This document shows, piece after piece, positions 44,987 through 54,023 of a stretch of 64,000 nucleotides of DNA (within the stretch, counting starts at the first letter, position 1; each line of letters starts with the position of its first letter). The DNA comes from Bacteroidia bacterium (GTDB taxonomy: Bacteria > Bacteroidota > Bacteroidia > SpSt-205): assembly GCA_026003215.1 (NCBI GenBank), contig BPGV01000001.1:1178466-1242465 (forward strand), given 5' to 3'. Below the pieces are notes generated by a model that was not told the origin of the DNA, did no database searches, and worked only from the letters and a program-made list of their open reading frames with translations. The position numbers and the translations under genes are program-made.

Positions 44987-45652
44987 TCAGCGTTTGGCCA
45001 CCACGATATAATGGTAGGGTAAGAGGTGCTCCTCCACACGCACCTGAGAGAAGCCGGCTTTTTTGAGTTCGTTTTCTACCTGAGTAGGGAAGAGGCGATG
45101 ATGGAGCGGGGGGCCTACGGGCGTCTCACGCGGCGCCCACTCCACTATAAGGATACGTCCGCCTTCCGGCAAAGAAGCCCTGAGCTTACGGAGGTACTCT
45201 ACCCTTTCGGGCAGATGATGGTACACATCCGCTAAAAAGGCCCATTCGGCTTCGCCGGGCTTGAGGTCGGGGGCCCGAGGCGATACTTTCCGGATTAGCC
45301 ACTGCTGGGACGAGAGGCCCAAACTATCCCGCCGCCGCTCCATATAGCGGAGGAGGCTGTCTTCTATATCCACCGCTATCACGGTGGCGCCTCGCCGCAC
45401 CATTCGCCAGCTGAAATACCCGGTGCCAGCCCCCAGATCGTACACCCGCCGGCCCTGTAGAGTACCTACCGCTTTTTCTATCCAATCCAGTAGCACCTCT
45501 GGCTGCTGGTACGCATCGCGCGCAGGGTTTTCTAAGATAGTTTGCCAGTCGGCCTTTCGGGTATGTCCGCCCGCATGCAGCACTCCTCGCGTGCCTTGTC
45601 CCGAGGCCATCCCCACCACCCACACCACCACAGACCCTATCCAAAAGCGCAT
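44987..45652 (-). CDS. class I SAM-dependent methyltransferase with an N-terminal signal/anchor sequence
   Basis: Motif I VYDLGAGTGYFS and an acidic loop VIAVDIED. An N-terminal hydrophobic segment MRFWIGSVVVWVVGMASG. Confidence 0.7.
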   Translation of the reverse strand: MRFWIGSVVVWVVGMASGQGTRGVLHAGGHTRKADWQTILENPARDAYQQPEVLLDWIEKAVGTLQGRRVYDLGAGTGYFSWRMVRRGATVIAVDIEDSLLRYMERRRDSLGLSSQQWLIRKVSPRAPDLKPGEAEWAFLADVYHHLPERVEYLRKLRASLPEGGRILIVEWAPRETPVGPPLHHRLFPTQVENELKKAGFSQVRVEEHLLPYHYIVVAKR

Positions 45653-45685
45653 ACGGCAAAAATACAAGAAAGCCCTTAGGAAAGT

Positions 45686-46459
45686 TTATTCTCCTTCGGC
45701 TGAGCGCTGCTTTTCGTAGAGCTCGGCCAGGTAAAGCTCCCGCAAAAAGTACGCACTGGCCCCAATCAGCGCAATGCTCCATCCTCGCCAGCCTAACCGC
45801 CAGCCCCCTTTAAGGACCAAGCTCTTAAAGAAGCGTGCCCCTCCTTTTGCAAACGAACGCCCCCAAAAAGGCCTCTTCCCGGCCTCATACAACGCTTGGG
45901 CAGCCAGCCGAGCGTAATGGGTATTGCGTGTGACATGTTCTGTGACGGTAGCGTAGGAGTAGTGCCATAACTCCCCCGCCAGGCGCACTGGCCGTATGCC
46001 TGCCTGAAGGTGTAGCCGCTCATGCACCGGCGCTTCATCCCAATGGGCTACGCCTCGAGCAAAAAGGCGGATCTTCCAATCGGGATACCAATCACTTGCC
46101 CGAATAAAAGCCCCGCAATACACCGCCACACGTAGAATCTCATACGCTGGGGCCCGCCAGCGGCCTTTTTCAGCGAGGATAGCTTCTCTCAGCGCAGGCG
46201 AGAGCACCTCGTCAGCATCCAGTGAGAGGATGTATCGGCCACGCGCTAAGCCGTTTGCCCAGTTTTTTTGGGCGCCATAGCCTGGGAAGGGCCTTTCATA
46301 CCAGCGCACTTGGGGAAAGCGTTCCGCTACCGCCCGCGTCCCATCGGTAGAACCGCTATCTACAATAACGATTTCATCGGCTACACCTTGCAGCGCTTCT
46401 AAGGTGGGCCCCAGTCGATGGGCTTCATTATACGTAATAAGGACAGCCGAAAGCTCCAT
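45686..46459 (-). CDS. glycosyltransferase family 2
   Basis: LSAVLITYNEA...VIVDSGSTDGT and a DADE/DXD-like motif. Its ATG lies 1 nt after the permease stop. Confidence 0.8.
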   Translation of the reverse strand: MELSAVLITYNEAHRLGPTLEALQGVADEIVIVDSGSTDGTRAVAERFPQVRWYERPFPGYGAQKNWANGLARGRYILSLDADEVLSPALREAILAEKGRWRAPAYEILRVAVYCGAFIRASDWYPDWKIRLFARGVAHWDEAPVHERLHLQAGIRPVRLAGELWHYSYATVTEHVTRNTHYARLAAQALYEAGKRPFWGRSFAKGGARFFKSLVLKGGWRLGWRGWSIALIGASAYFLRELYLAELYEKQRSAEGE

Positions 46460-46460
46460 C

Positions 46461-47717
46461 TTACGCCGCTGTACGTATAGCCTCGATCGGATGCAAGCGA
46501 GCCGCACTCCAAGCAGGAGCCATACCCGCCAAAAGCCCCACGAGTAGGGTAATCACCAACGACCATACGAGGTCCCCTACGGCCACCGCGACTACCAAGC
46601 CTTCTTGCGCAGCCCACCCCGATAAGGACACCATTAGAAGGGCCATCATACTTAGGCCTAAAAAGCCCCCCACCAGCGTCAGAAAAAGCCCCTCCACCAG
46701 AAAAAGCCCCAAGATAAACCCGCGCGGGGCACCCATTGCCCGCTGAATCCCTATTTCCCCCCGGCGCTCACGCACGGCTATATATAAAATATTAGCCACC
46801 CCAAACCCACCTACCAAAAGCGAAAAACCCGCAATAAAAAGCCCCACCATCTGGACATATTCAGCAATATCCCGCACCTGATCCAGAAGCGCATCTTGGC
46901 GGTTAATAGCGAAGTTATCTTCTGCTTGGGGCGGGAGGTGTCGGGCTTGCCGCATAAGGCCCCGCACCCGAGTTTCTAATAAGTCTATCGGAAGCGCTTC
47001 GGGGTCCTTGGCCCGCACTAAAAGGGTACGGTCCCCTTGGATGCTATAGCGAAAGAGACCATGAATCCGGTATTGGACCCCAAAAGGCACCAGCAGAGCA
47101 TTATCTAAATCTCCGCCAAAAGCGCCCTGAGCTTTGAGCACCCCAATCACCTGGATAGGATACCCGCCATACCACAGCACAACGCCCACTTCTTTATCGC
47201 TTCCCACAAGGTCCTGCATCAAGCGGCTGCCGACCACCCCCACCAAGGCTCCCCTATTCAGCTCCTCAGGCCGAAAAAAACGACCCCACTGCACTTCCAA
47301 CGGAAAAGCCGCCTCAAAGCCTTCTGTAATGCCGACCACCTGTGCCTCTTCCGTACGCCCTTTATACCGCAACTTTTGGCTAAACTGGTCGTACCGCAAA
47401 GCTACCCACGCAAGCTCCCCTAAGCCCTCCTGCACCGTATGATAATCTACCAGGGAAATGCACGGCCGGCGCACATACTGCTCCCACGGGATGTTTCCCC
47501 TAAGCTTCCAGGGGAAGCGATGTACATACACCGTAGAAGCCCCCAAGCGCTCAAAGCGACTGATGATAGAGCGTTCCATAGAATAGGTAAAAACCCGCAC
47601 AGAAGCCACAGAAAAGATGCCCAAGCTGATAGTAAGCAAGGTAAGGAGAGAACGGCGACGATGGGCCTCTACATTGCGGAAGGCTTGGCGAAGTATCTCC
47701 TCTACGAGCCGAAACAT
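46461..47717 (-). CDS. ABC transporter permease, FtsX/MacB/LolE-like, with no adjacent ATPase
   Basis: 418 aa. An N-terminal TM helix, a large periplasmic domain, then three C-terminal TM helices (FtsX fold). Confidence 0.75.
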   Translation of the reverse strand: MFRLVEEILRQAFRNVEAHRRRSLLTLLTISLGIFSVASVRVFTYSMERSIISRFERLGASTVYVHRFPWKLRGNIPWEQYVRRPCISLVDYHTVQEGLGELAWVALRYDQFSQKLRYKGRTEEAQVVGITEGFEAAFPLEVQWGRFFRPEELNRGALVGVVGSRLMQDLVGSDKEVGVVLWYGGYPIQVIGVLKAQGAFGGDLDNALLVPFGVQYRIHGLFRYSIQGDRTLLVRAKDPEALPIDLLETRVRGLMRQARHLPPQAEDNFAINRQDALLDQVRDIAEYVQMVGLFIAGFSLLVGGFGVANILYIAVRERRGEIGIQRAMGAPRGFILGLFLVEGLFLTLVGGFLGLSMMALLMVSLSGWAAQEGLVVAVAVGDLVWSLVITLLVGLLAGMAPAWSAARLHPIEAIRTAA

Positions 47718-47719
47718 GA

Positions 47720-47727
47720 TAACTTTG
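47720..47727 (+). promoter_or_regulatory. candidate -7 promoter element TAACTTTG
   Basis: Matches TAnnTTTG, 14 nt upstream of the queA-like ATG. Confidence 0.3.
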
Positions 47728-47740
47728 CGCCTGCAAAGAT

Positions 47741-48790
47741 ATGAGCAGCCGTCTTTCCGACTACGCTTTTGAACTGCCCGAAAGCCAAATAGCTCAGTAC
47801 CCGCCGCAACCGCGCGGCAGTAATCGCCTCCTGGTCCTCCACCGAGAAAGCGGCGAAATAGAACACCGGCATTTCTCAGAACTCCCCCAGTGCTTAGAGG
47901 AAGGCGATGTAATCTTATACAACAACTCGCTGTCTTTCCCTTGCCTCCTCATTGGCCACAAGGAACGCAGCACCTCGCCTGTAGAAGTACTCCTGCTTCG
48001 AGAGCTGGACCCGGAGTCCCACTTGTGGAATGCGATGGTGGAGCCAGCGCGGAAGATTCGGGTGGGGAATAAGATTCACTTCCCGAATAGTCCGCTGACA
48101 GCCGAGGTGGTAGATAATACGACCAGCCGCGAGCGAGCCATTCGTTTCATCGTGCCTCCAGGGGCTTCCTTAGCACAGCTTATAGAAGAACACGGACGTA
48201 TGGCGCTCCCACGCTATATAGTACGCCCCCATCGGCCAGAAGACTATCGAGACTTTCGGCCGGTATGGCAAGGGATTCCCGGTTCTGTGCAAGCCCCTGA
48301 TGCCAGTCTGCCTTTTACCCGAGTGCTTATCCGAGAGTTGGAAGTCAAAGGGGTGGAGTTTGTGCCTGTCACTCTCCATGTAGGTACAGCAAACTTCCGC
48401 ACGATTGAAGTGGAGGACCTTTTTAAGTTTTCCATGGATGCGGAGTACTTCCAGATTAGCGAAGAGTCGGCTCGTCGCGTGAATGAAGCGCGCCGCCAAG
48501 GGAAAAAAGTCTTGGTAGTGGGCGTGAGTGCCCTGCGCGCCGTGGAGTCCAGCCTTTCGGCCTATGGAGAGCTCAAGCCAGCCGACGACTGGACCGTAAA
48601 GTTTATTTTCCCACCGTATCGGCCTGTCATCCCCACGGCTTTTCTCACCCAGTTTCACCTGCCTAAGTCGGCTGGCTATATCGCTACGGCGACCTTTGGC
48701 GGGTACCTCAAAGTACGCAGAGCCTACGAAACCGCCCTCAAAGAAGGCTATCAGTGGGGCTGCTACGGCGACCTGCTCTTGATTATCTGA
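47741..48790 (+). CDS. divergent QueA-like paralog (S-adenosylmethionine:tRNA ribosyltransferase-isomerase family)
   Basis: Alignable to QueA end to end (YAFELPESQIAQYP, VTLHVGTANF, GVSALRAVES, FHLPKS, CYGDLLLI). The block that is AAPTAGLHF in canonical QueA reads APDASLPFT here, and the NDSRV-PARL block reads NNSLSFPCLL. Confidence 0.7.
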   Translation: MSSRLSDYAFELPESQIAQYPPQPRGSNRLLVLHRESGEIEHRHFSELPQCLEEGDVILYNNSLSFPCLLIGHKERSTSPVEVLLLRELDPESHLWNAMVEPARKIRVGNKIHFPNSPLTAEVVDNTTSRERAIRFIVPPGASLAQLIEEHGRMALPRYIVRPHRPEDYRDFRPVWQGIPGSVQAPDASLPFTRVLIRELEVKGVEFVPVTLHVGTANFRTIEVEDLFKFSMDAEYFQISEESARRVNEARRQGKKVLVVGVSALRAVESSLSAYGELKPADDWTVKFIFPPYRPVIPTAFLTQFHLPKSAGYIATATFGGYLKVRRAYETALKEGYQWGCYGDLLLII

Positions 48791-48793
48791 AAC

Positions 48794-49492
48794 GTGCGGA
48801 TATGGGTCCAACTTAGCGCGGGCGAAGGGAGCCGCTTCGGCAGCGTCACCCCTAAGCAATTCCTCCGCCTGGGCAGGAAACCTCTCCTGACCCACAGCCT
48901 GGCCACCTTTCTTTCCCTCTGGCCCGAGAGTCCTGTAATCGTAGTTTTGCCCTTAGCGCATTTTGCCCGTGGACGCACCCTGGTACAAAAATACTTTCCG
49001 CAAGCACAGCTCCATTTCGTGGTGGGGGGAGCCACCCGCAGCGCCTCCACCGAAGCTGCCCTCGCTTACCTCCAAAAGTTAGAAGCCCTTCGCCCAGAAG
49101 TAACGATTGCTTTCCACGATGCAGCTCGGCCTTTTCCTTCCGCTGCTTTGATAGAAAGGGTCTTCAAGACAGCACAAGAAAAAGGCGCTGCCGTATGTGG
49201 GCTGCCGGTACGCTTCTCGCTACGTAAGGTAGAAGGGGACACTTCGCAGGCCTTGCCTCGCGAAAGTATATGGGAGGTGCAAACGCCCCAAGCCTTCCGA
49301 GGGGACATTCTGGCCAGCGCCTGGGAGAAGCTCTCCCCCACCGCCGAGGCCTACTTCACCGATGAGGGTAGCTGGATAGAAGCGGCCGGCTTGCCCGTAG
49401 CCATGGTCTCAGGCGAACCCACCAACCTTAAGGTTACTTATCCCATAGACTGGGAGGTAGCCCGAACCCTTCTCCGGCGAGGTTCCCTCTAA
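48794..49492 (+). CDS. ispD: 2-C-methyl-D-erythritol 4-phosphate cytidylyltransferase
   Basis: 232 aa. N-terminal glycine-rich LSAGEGSRFGS...PKQFLRL and IspD fold motifs. Confidence 0.8.
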   Translation: MRIWVQLSAGEGSRFGSVTPKQFLRLGRKPLLTHSLATFLSLWPESPVIVVLPLAHFARGRTLVQKYFPQAQLHFVVGGATRSASTEAALAYLQKLEALRPEVTIAFHDAARPFPSAALIERVFKTAQEKGAAVCGLPVRFSLRKVEGDTSQALPRESIWEVQTPQAFRGDILASAWEKLSPTAEAYFTDEGSWIEAAGLPVAMVSGEPTNLKVTYPIDWEVARTLLRRGSL

Positions 49493-49518
49493 AAATCCGT
49501 ATCTTTGCCGGCACTGCT

Positions 49519-49592
49519 GGCGAGATAGCTCAGTTGGTAAGAGCGCAGGATTCATAACCCTGAGGTCGCGGGTTCGACTCCCGCTCTCGCCA
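49519..49592 (+). tRNA. tRNA-Met (anticodon CAT; could be tRNA-Ile2 carrying lysidine)
   Basis: I folded the cloverleaf by hand: acceptor GGCGAGA/TCTCGCC, D-arm GCTC/GAGC, anticodon loop TTCATAA, T-arm GCGGG-TTCGACT-CCCGC, discriminator A. Confidence 0.8.
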
Positions 49593-49595
49593 CGA

Positions 49596-49668
49596 CGGGG
49601 CGTAGCGCAGCTGGTAGCGCGCAGCGTTCGGGACGCTGAGGTCGCTGGTTCGAGTCCAGTCGCCCCGA
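49596..49668 (+). tRNA. tRNA-Pro (anticodon CGG)
   Basis: Acceptor CGGGGCG/CGCCCCG with the C1:G72 pair typical of tRNA-Pro. D-arm GCGC/GCGC, anticodon loop TTCGGGA, T-loop TTCGAGT, discriminator A. Confidence 0.8.
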
Positions 49669-49669
49669 C

Positions 49670-52600
49670 CTACCGCACCCGTTCAGCTATCGCACACGGG
49701 AGCCGGTAAGTACGTGTACGGCCAGCCTGGGGTTCTATGAGCTGCACTTGTACGATGTACATCCCCGCAGGAAGGCGCCGGCCGCTCTCCTCTACCCCTT
49801 CCCAACGGAAACGATTTTCCCCTACCGCTAAAAGCACTCCTTCTGCGACTTGGCGCACTTTGTAGCCCGCCAGGGTATGCACACTGATATCCGCTCGGGT
49901 GCCTGCCTGCTCAACTGAGACGTATACCCACAAAAGGTCTTCATAGCCATCCCCATCCGGCGAAAAAGTCTTCGGTTCTACCCGTATGGGACCGGAGTCG
50001 GCAGGGGCCTCGCGCTGCGAGTTAGGATAGCCTGGCGTACCATAACGGACAGAGCTGGCCGCAGAATACCAGTTTTGGGGATCCTCCGAAGGCTGATGGG
50101 GAGAGAGCCGCTCTAAGGCTACGCCTTTACGCGTGCGCAGGTCCGGAAAGTGATACGAAGCGGCATACGGTACCTTATCCACCGCCATGGAATCCCTCCG
50201 TCTGAGTAGCCACACCGTATCCTGCTGATAATCGTAGGTAGGAAAATCCCCCATCTGATAAAAGCGCGCCGTAGGAGGCGGAAGGTAACGCCCCTGCACA
50301 TCGGCGGTGTCCTCCGTGAGACAGAGATAGCTCCCCGGCTCTAAGAGCAAGGGAAGCGAAGTAATCTCGGTATGCCTGGTAGGCGAAGTGCCCCGCGCTA
50401 AGAGCAGCTCGCGCACATCTATAAGCTTAGCGGAACGGTTGTATAGCTCCACGTAGCGACTACCCCCGGTTTGAGGCTCAGGCAGGATTTCATTTATCAC
50501 CACATCGCCGGGCGCCACGGGGGCAGGTACCCGCACGATGGCCAACAAGGTGTCTACAGGCTCTCCCGCGCAAGTACGCAGGCCACTTACCTTGAGGTAG
50601 TACGTTTGATTTTCGGCAAGAGGCACCATAGGAAGAAGCTCCACGCCAAAGCCGGTCATGATAGGCGCAGCTGCCAGGAGCGGCACCGCCGGCGCCCACA
50701 CATAGCGACTTATGTCGCTCAGCAAGAGGGTATCCATCCGCTCAGAGAAAAGCACTTGCACGACGGGAGGGAAGTACGCTGCACTTTTTATAGAGGGAGA
50801 GGGCGGGGGTATGGTTTGACGCAAGCTATTGGGCTGGCCGGGCGTGCCACCTACTGGAGCTGTGCTGGCGGCCCATCCTTCCTCCCCGCCACAAAACCAC
50901 CCTTCCCATAGCCGTTCTAAACTCCAGCCGCCTTCATCTTTTGCGGGGTCCTTGTACCACGAAGGCACATAGGTGACTTCTTCTATGACCTGTCCAGCGG
51001 TGTCCTGAAGCCTAATCGTAGCTCCGCTATTAGAGAGGGCTGGGAAGGAAACCACTCCCACACACTGCCCGTATGGAGAGAGGGCTACCGCGCCCTCCGG
51101 CGAGGTAAGCACCACATACTGCCCAGGACGCAGGAGATAAGCAGGCAGGAGGCGCTGGGTGCTCCCCACCCCCAGCTGCCACCCCTCCAAGCTAATGTAC
51201 TTTTGCGAAGCATTATACAGCTCTACATACTCATAGGGGGGAAGGCCAACAGGTGGGTCTGGGTCGGCCATAATCTCGGTCAAGACCACATCATACGGGC
51301 TAGCCGGCGCCGGCCAGCCAAATACGTAAGTATGCGTAGCTTCATTCCCTACGCAGTCGCTCACCCGCACCGTGAGGGTATATTCAGTACTGAACGAAAG
51401 CGGCGTAGCTAAAAAAACCTGTATTTCATCCCCCCATATCTGTACAGCGCTTACATTTATCCCGCCTGAAAGGGTATAGCGGCTAAGGTCTCGCATCGCC
51501 GCACTATCTACCGGCTCAGAAAAGCGCAAAAGGATTTCACTGGCCGAACGGAAGGAGACACTTACCAGTTGGGGGGGAGTTTGGTCCTGCCACAGACCCG
51601 CTACGCTGTTGGCTGCACCGGGAGTGCCCCCCGCTGCGGCTAACGACGCTATCCAGTTGGAGTCGGTCGCACAGAGGTTATTGAGATCTATGCGCTCCAA
51701 ACTCCAGCCGCCTTGGGCCTTAGTTGGGTCGCGATACCAGGCGCTGGTATAACTCACATGGTCCAATCGCTGCGCACTGGCATTCCAGAGTGTGAGGCTA
51801 TCGCCGCTGTCGTTGAGCGTGGGCCAGGAAGCTAACCCCATACTCCCAGGATAACTCCCCGTAGCAGCTGAAGGCACCAAAAGCAAATATCCGCCCGGTG
51901 GTAGGATAGCATTCCCCAAAGTGGCACATTGCGTACCATCACAGAACTGCATACCCCCTACTTGCACCCAACGAGGAGAACGGTTATACAGCTCTACATA
52001 CTCATACGGCGGAAGGCCCACCACGGGCGTAGGTTTGGCCATAATCTCTGAAAAAATCACTTCGCCCGGCTGAGGCTCCTCCGGCAATACCACATCTACC
52101 GTGCCCGAGCCGCTATTGCCTGCCATATCCTGCACGCCTACATACTGGAGGGTATATACCACTGAGGGTTGGAGGCCAGGGGATACCGTCAGCTCCACGG
52201 TAGCTGGGGTGGGCCGGGCCGCAGCTGCCACAGAAAGCCCCCCATTCACAAAGCTATAAGCAGCGGTATTCGTAGCCGAGGTAGGTTCTACCGACTCTGA
52301 AAAGTAAAGCCGCACGGAGGTAGAGGAGACCGCTTCGGCTTGGAGTACCTGAGGGGGCGTAGTATCCACAATAGGCGGACCAATATAAAAGTCATCCAGC
52401 CAAAGGTTTTGTCGGTTGGTAGAAGTGTGCTGAAAATACACGCCAAAATAGCTTGTGGTGGTAATCGTATTGTCCGTTACGAAAAACTCACTTTCCCAGT
52501 AGCCTGAAGAGTCGGTGAAAGCCTGCCAAGTACCAGCGTTATCGCGCAGCACCCGCACCCACAGGATGTTGTTGGTACCGCCGAAGCGCCCTGCGCGTCC

Positions 52601-53008
52601 GCCCGCCAGCCGCGTATGCGTCCCCCCCTGCTGACGCCAGAGTTCCAAGCTGTCCGACGTACCTGTAATCCCGCCCAGTTTTAGGTAATACCCATTTAGC
52701 GCAGGGTCAGTAAGGTCAGCCCTATCGGCTACGAGGTAAACCCGCACATAGTTTGCAGTGGAGGGGTTGAAAGCTACCCGTACCCAAAAGCGCCATTCGG
52801 TATTGTTTATCAGGGCATTAGGGGTAGAAAGGTAGAGCGTAGCGGTAGCGGCTGGGCCATTACTACGCAGACGATAATCCGTCGTAACCATCCAATAGGC
52901 ATCGGTGCCCGACCAGGTGGGATTAACCGTGAAGTCCCCATCCGCAAAATCATCTTGCACTTGGGCCCAGGCCAGCATGACTCCTACGACCAGTCCCCCC
53001 CATCTCAT
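49670..53008 (-). CDS. large secreted cell-surface protein with three lamin-tail-like domains and a type-B T9SS C-terminal sorting domain
   Basis: Signal peptide MRWGGLVVGVMLAWAQ, read from the internal ATG at 53008. It has three repeats of ...PYEYVELYN(R/A)S..., and the C-terminal FSPDGDGYED motif of the gliding-motility/T9SS type-B CTD. Confidence 0.65.
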   Translation of the reverse strand: MRWGGLVVGVMLAWAQVQDDFADGDFTVNPTWSGTDAYWMVTTDYRLRSNGPAATATLYLSTPNALINNTEWRFWVRVAFNPSTANYVRVYLVADRADLTDPALNGYYLKLGGITGTSDSLELWRQQGGTHTRLAGGRAGRFGGTNNILWVRVLRDNAGTWQAFTDSSGYWESEFFVTDNTITTTSYFGVYFQHTSTNRQNLWLDDFYIGPPIVDTTPPQVLQAEAVSSTSVRLYFSESVEPTSATNTAAYSFVNGGLSVAAAARPTPATVELTVSPGLQPSVVYTLQYVGVQDMAGNSGSGTVDVVLPEEPQPGEVIFSEIMAKPTPVVGLPPYEYVELYNRSPRWVQVGGMQFCDGTQCATLGNAILPPGGYLLLVPSAATGSYPGSMGLASWPTLNDSGDSLTLWNASAQRLDHVSYTSAWYRDPTKAQGGWSLERIDLNNLCATDSNWIASLAAAGGTPGAANSVAGLWQDQTPPQLVSVSFRSASEILLRFSEPVDSAAMRDLSRYTLSGGINVSAVQIWGDEIQVFLATPLSFSTEYTLTVRVSDCVGNEATHTYVFGWPAPASPYDVVLTEIMADPDPPVGLPPYEYVELYNASQKYISLEGWQLGVGSTQRLLPAYLLRPGQYVVLTSPEGAVALSPYGQCVGVVSFPALSNSGATIRLQDTAGQVIEEVTYVPSWYKDPAKDEGGWSLERLWEGWFCGGEEGWAASTAPVGGTPGQPNSLRQTIPPPSPSIKSAAYFPPVVQVLFSERMDTLLLSDISRYVWAPAVPLLAAAPIMTGFGVELLPMVPLAENQTYYLKVSGLRTCAGEPVDTLLAIVRVPAPVAPGDVVINEILPEPQTGGSRYVELYNRSAKLIDVRELLLARGTSPTRHTEITSLPLLLEPGSYLCLTEDTADVQGRYLPPPTARFYQMGDFPTYDYQQDTVWLLRRRDSMAVDKVPYAASYHFPDLRTRKGVALERLSPHQPSEDPQNWYSAASSVRYGTPGYPNSQREAPADSGPIRVEPKTFSPDGDGYEDLLWVYVSVEQAGTRADISVHTLAGYKVRQVAEGVLLAVGENRFRWEGVEESGRRLPAGMYIVQVQLIEPQAGRTRTYRLPCAIAERVR

Positions 53009-53042
53009 GCGAGGCAAGATAAGCTTTTTACCTAAACCTGAG

Positions 53043-54023
53043 CTATTCCCAGCCCTCCGGCGCAAAGGAGTGCAAGCACTCCCGCACGTAGGCGGGTGTA
53101 AGCGCTCGCATGCAGTCATGATGCCCGCGTGGGCAGCTGGAGCAGCCCAGCTTACTACAAGGCCGGCAGGAGAGGTAGGGTACTTCTATGTTGCGGTGCG
53201 GAACCTGCCAGGGGTACATGCCAAAGGCCGGGACAGTATTGCCCCAGAGCACAGCCACTGGCGTACCCATAGCCGCGCCTAAGTGCGCTGTACCGGTGTC
53301 ATGGCTCAGGAGCAGTTGGGCTTGACCAATGGCCGCCGCCGTCTCTAAAAGGCCATACCGCCCCGCACCTACGATTACCGGCCCGGGGCAGGCCGCAGCA
53401 ATAGTATGAGCTACCTCTTCTTCGCTGGAGCCGCCCAAAAGGATTACCCCACCTCGCCAGTTCTGGAGCAGTTGTATAAAATACCCTGTCGGCCATCGCT
53501 TGGTCGGGTAGGTGCCCCCCAAGCCTACGGCTATCCAAGGCGCGCTTTCTCCCTTCGCCCGAAGCTCCTCCCGAATAGCCTCCACTACCTTCTGCGGGAT
53601 ATGCACCTCCAGCGGGCCTAATGCCTCAGGAGCTATCCCCCAAGGTCGCAGGGCCTCCCCATACCGAAGTACCACATGCCGCACCGGAAATACCCGCTTC
53701 AGCCGAACCATGAGCCACTTGCGGAGATTTTCTTTGGGGAAGGTGGAAAAACGCTCATACCGCAGCTTCCACCGGAGAGACAGGGTGCGTAGGTTGCGGT
53801 GAAGGTCTATTACCCCGCTCCAGCGGGTAGCCCGCACCTCTGTGGATAGCGGCCATCTATGCACAGCCGTAACAAGGGGATGGTGTGCTACCAGAGGTTC
53901 ATACACCGCCCGTGTGAGGAAATGCACCTCCGCTTCTGGATAGCGGTTCTTTAGGGCCCGAATGATTGGCGTAGTAAGGACTATGTCCCCCATGCTACTG
54001 AGCCGAACCACCAAAAACCTCAT
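53043..54023 (-). CDS. glycosyltransferase family 9 (LPS heptosyltransferase-like)
   Basis: MRFLVVRLSSMGDIVLTTPIIRALK is a GT9 N-terminus. Its ATG overlaps the upstream gene's TGA (ATGA). Confidence 0.75.
   Translation of the reverse strand: MRFLVVRLSSMGDIVLTTPIIRALKNRYPEAEVHFLTRAVYEPLVAHHPLVTAVHRWPLSTEVRATRWSGVIDLHRNLRTLSLRWKLRYERFSTFPKENLRKWLMVRLKRVFPVRHVVLRYGEALRPWGIAPEALGPLEVHIPQKVVEAIREELRAKGESAPWIAVGLGGTYPTKRWPTGYFIQLLQNWRGGVILLGGSSEEEVAHTIAAACPGPVIVGAGRYGLLETAAAIGQAQLLLSHDTGTAHLGAAMGTPVAVLWGNTVPAFGMYPWQVPHRNIEVPYLSCRPCSKLGCSSCPRGHHDCMRALTPAYVRECLHSFAPEGWE

Noticed and set aside
49519-49670. tRNA pair as a possible integration site for a mobile element
   Set aside because: There is no integrase, excisionase, direct repeat of a tRNA 3' end, or compositional shift in the flanking 5 kb. 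The neighbours are ispD and a T9SS cargo gene.
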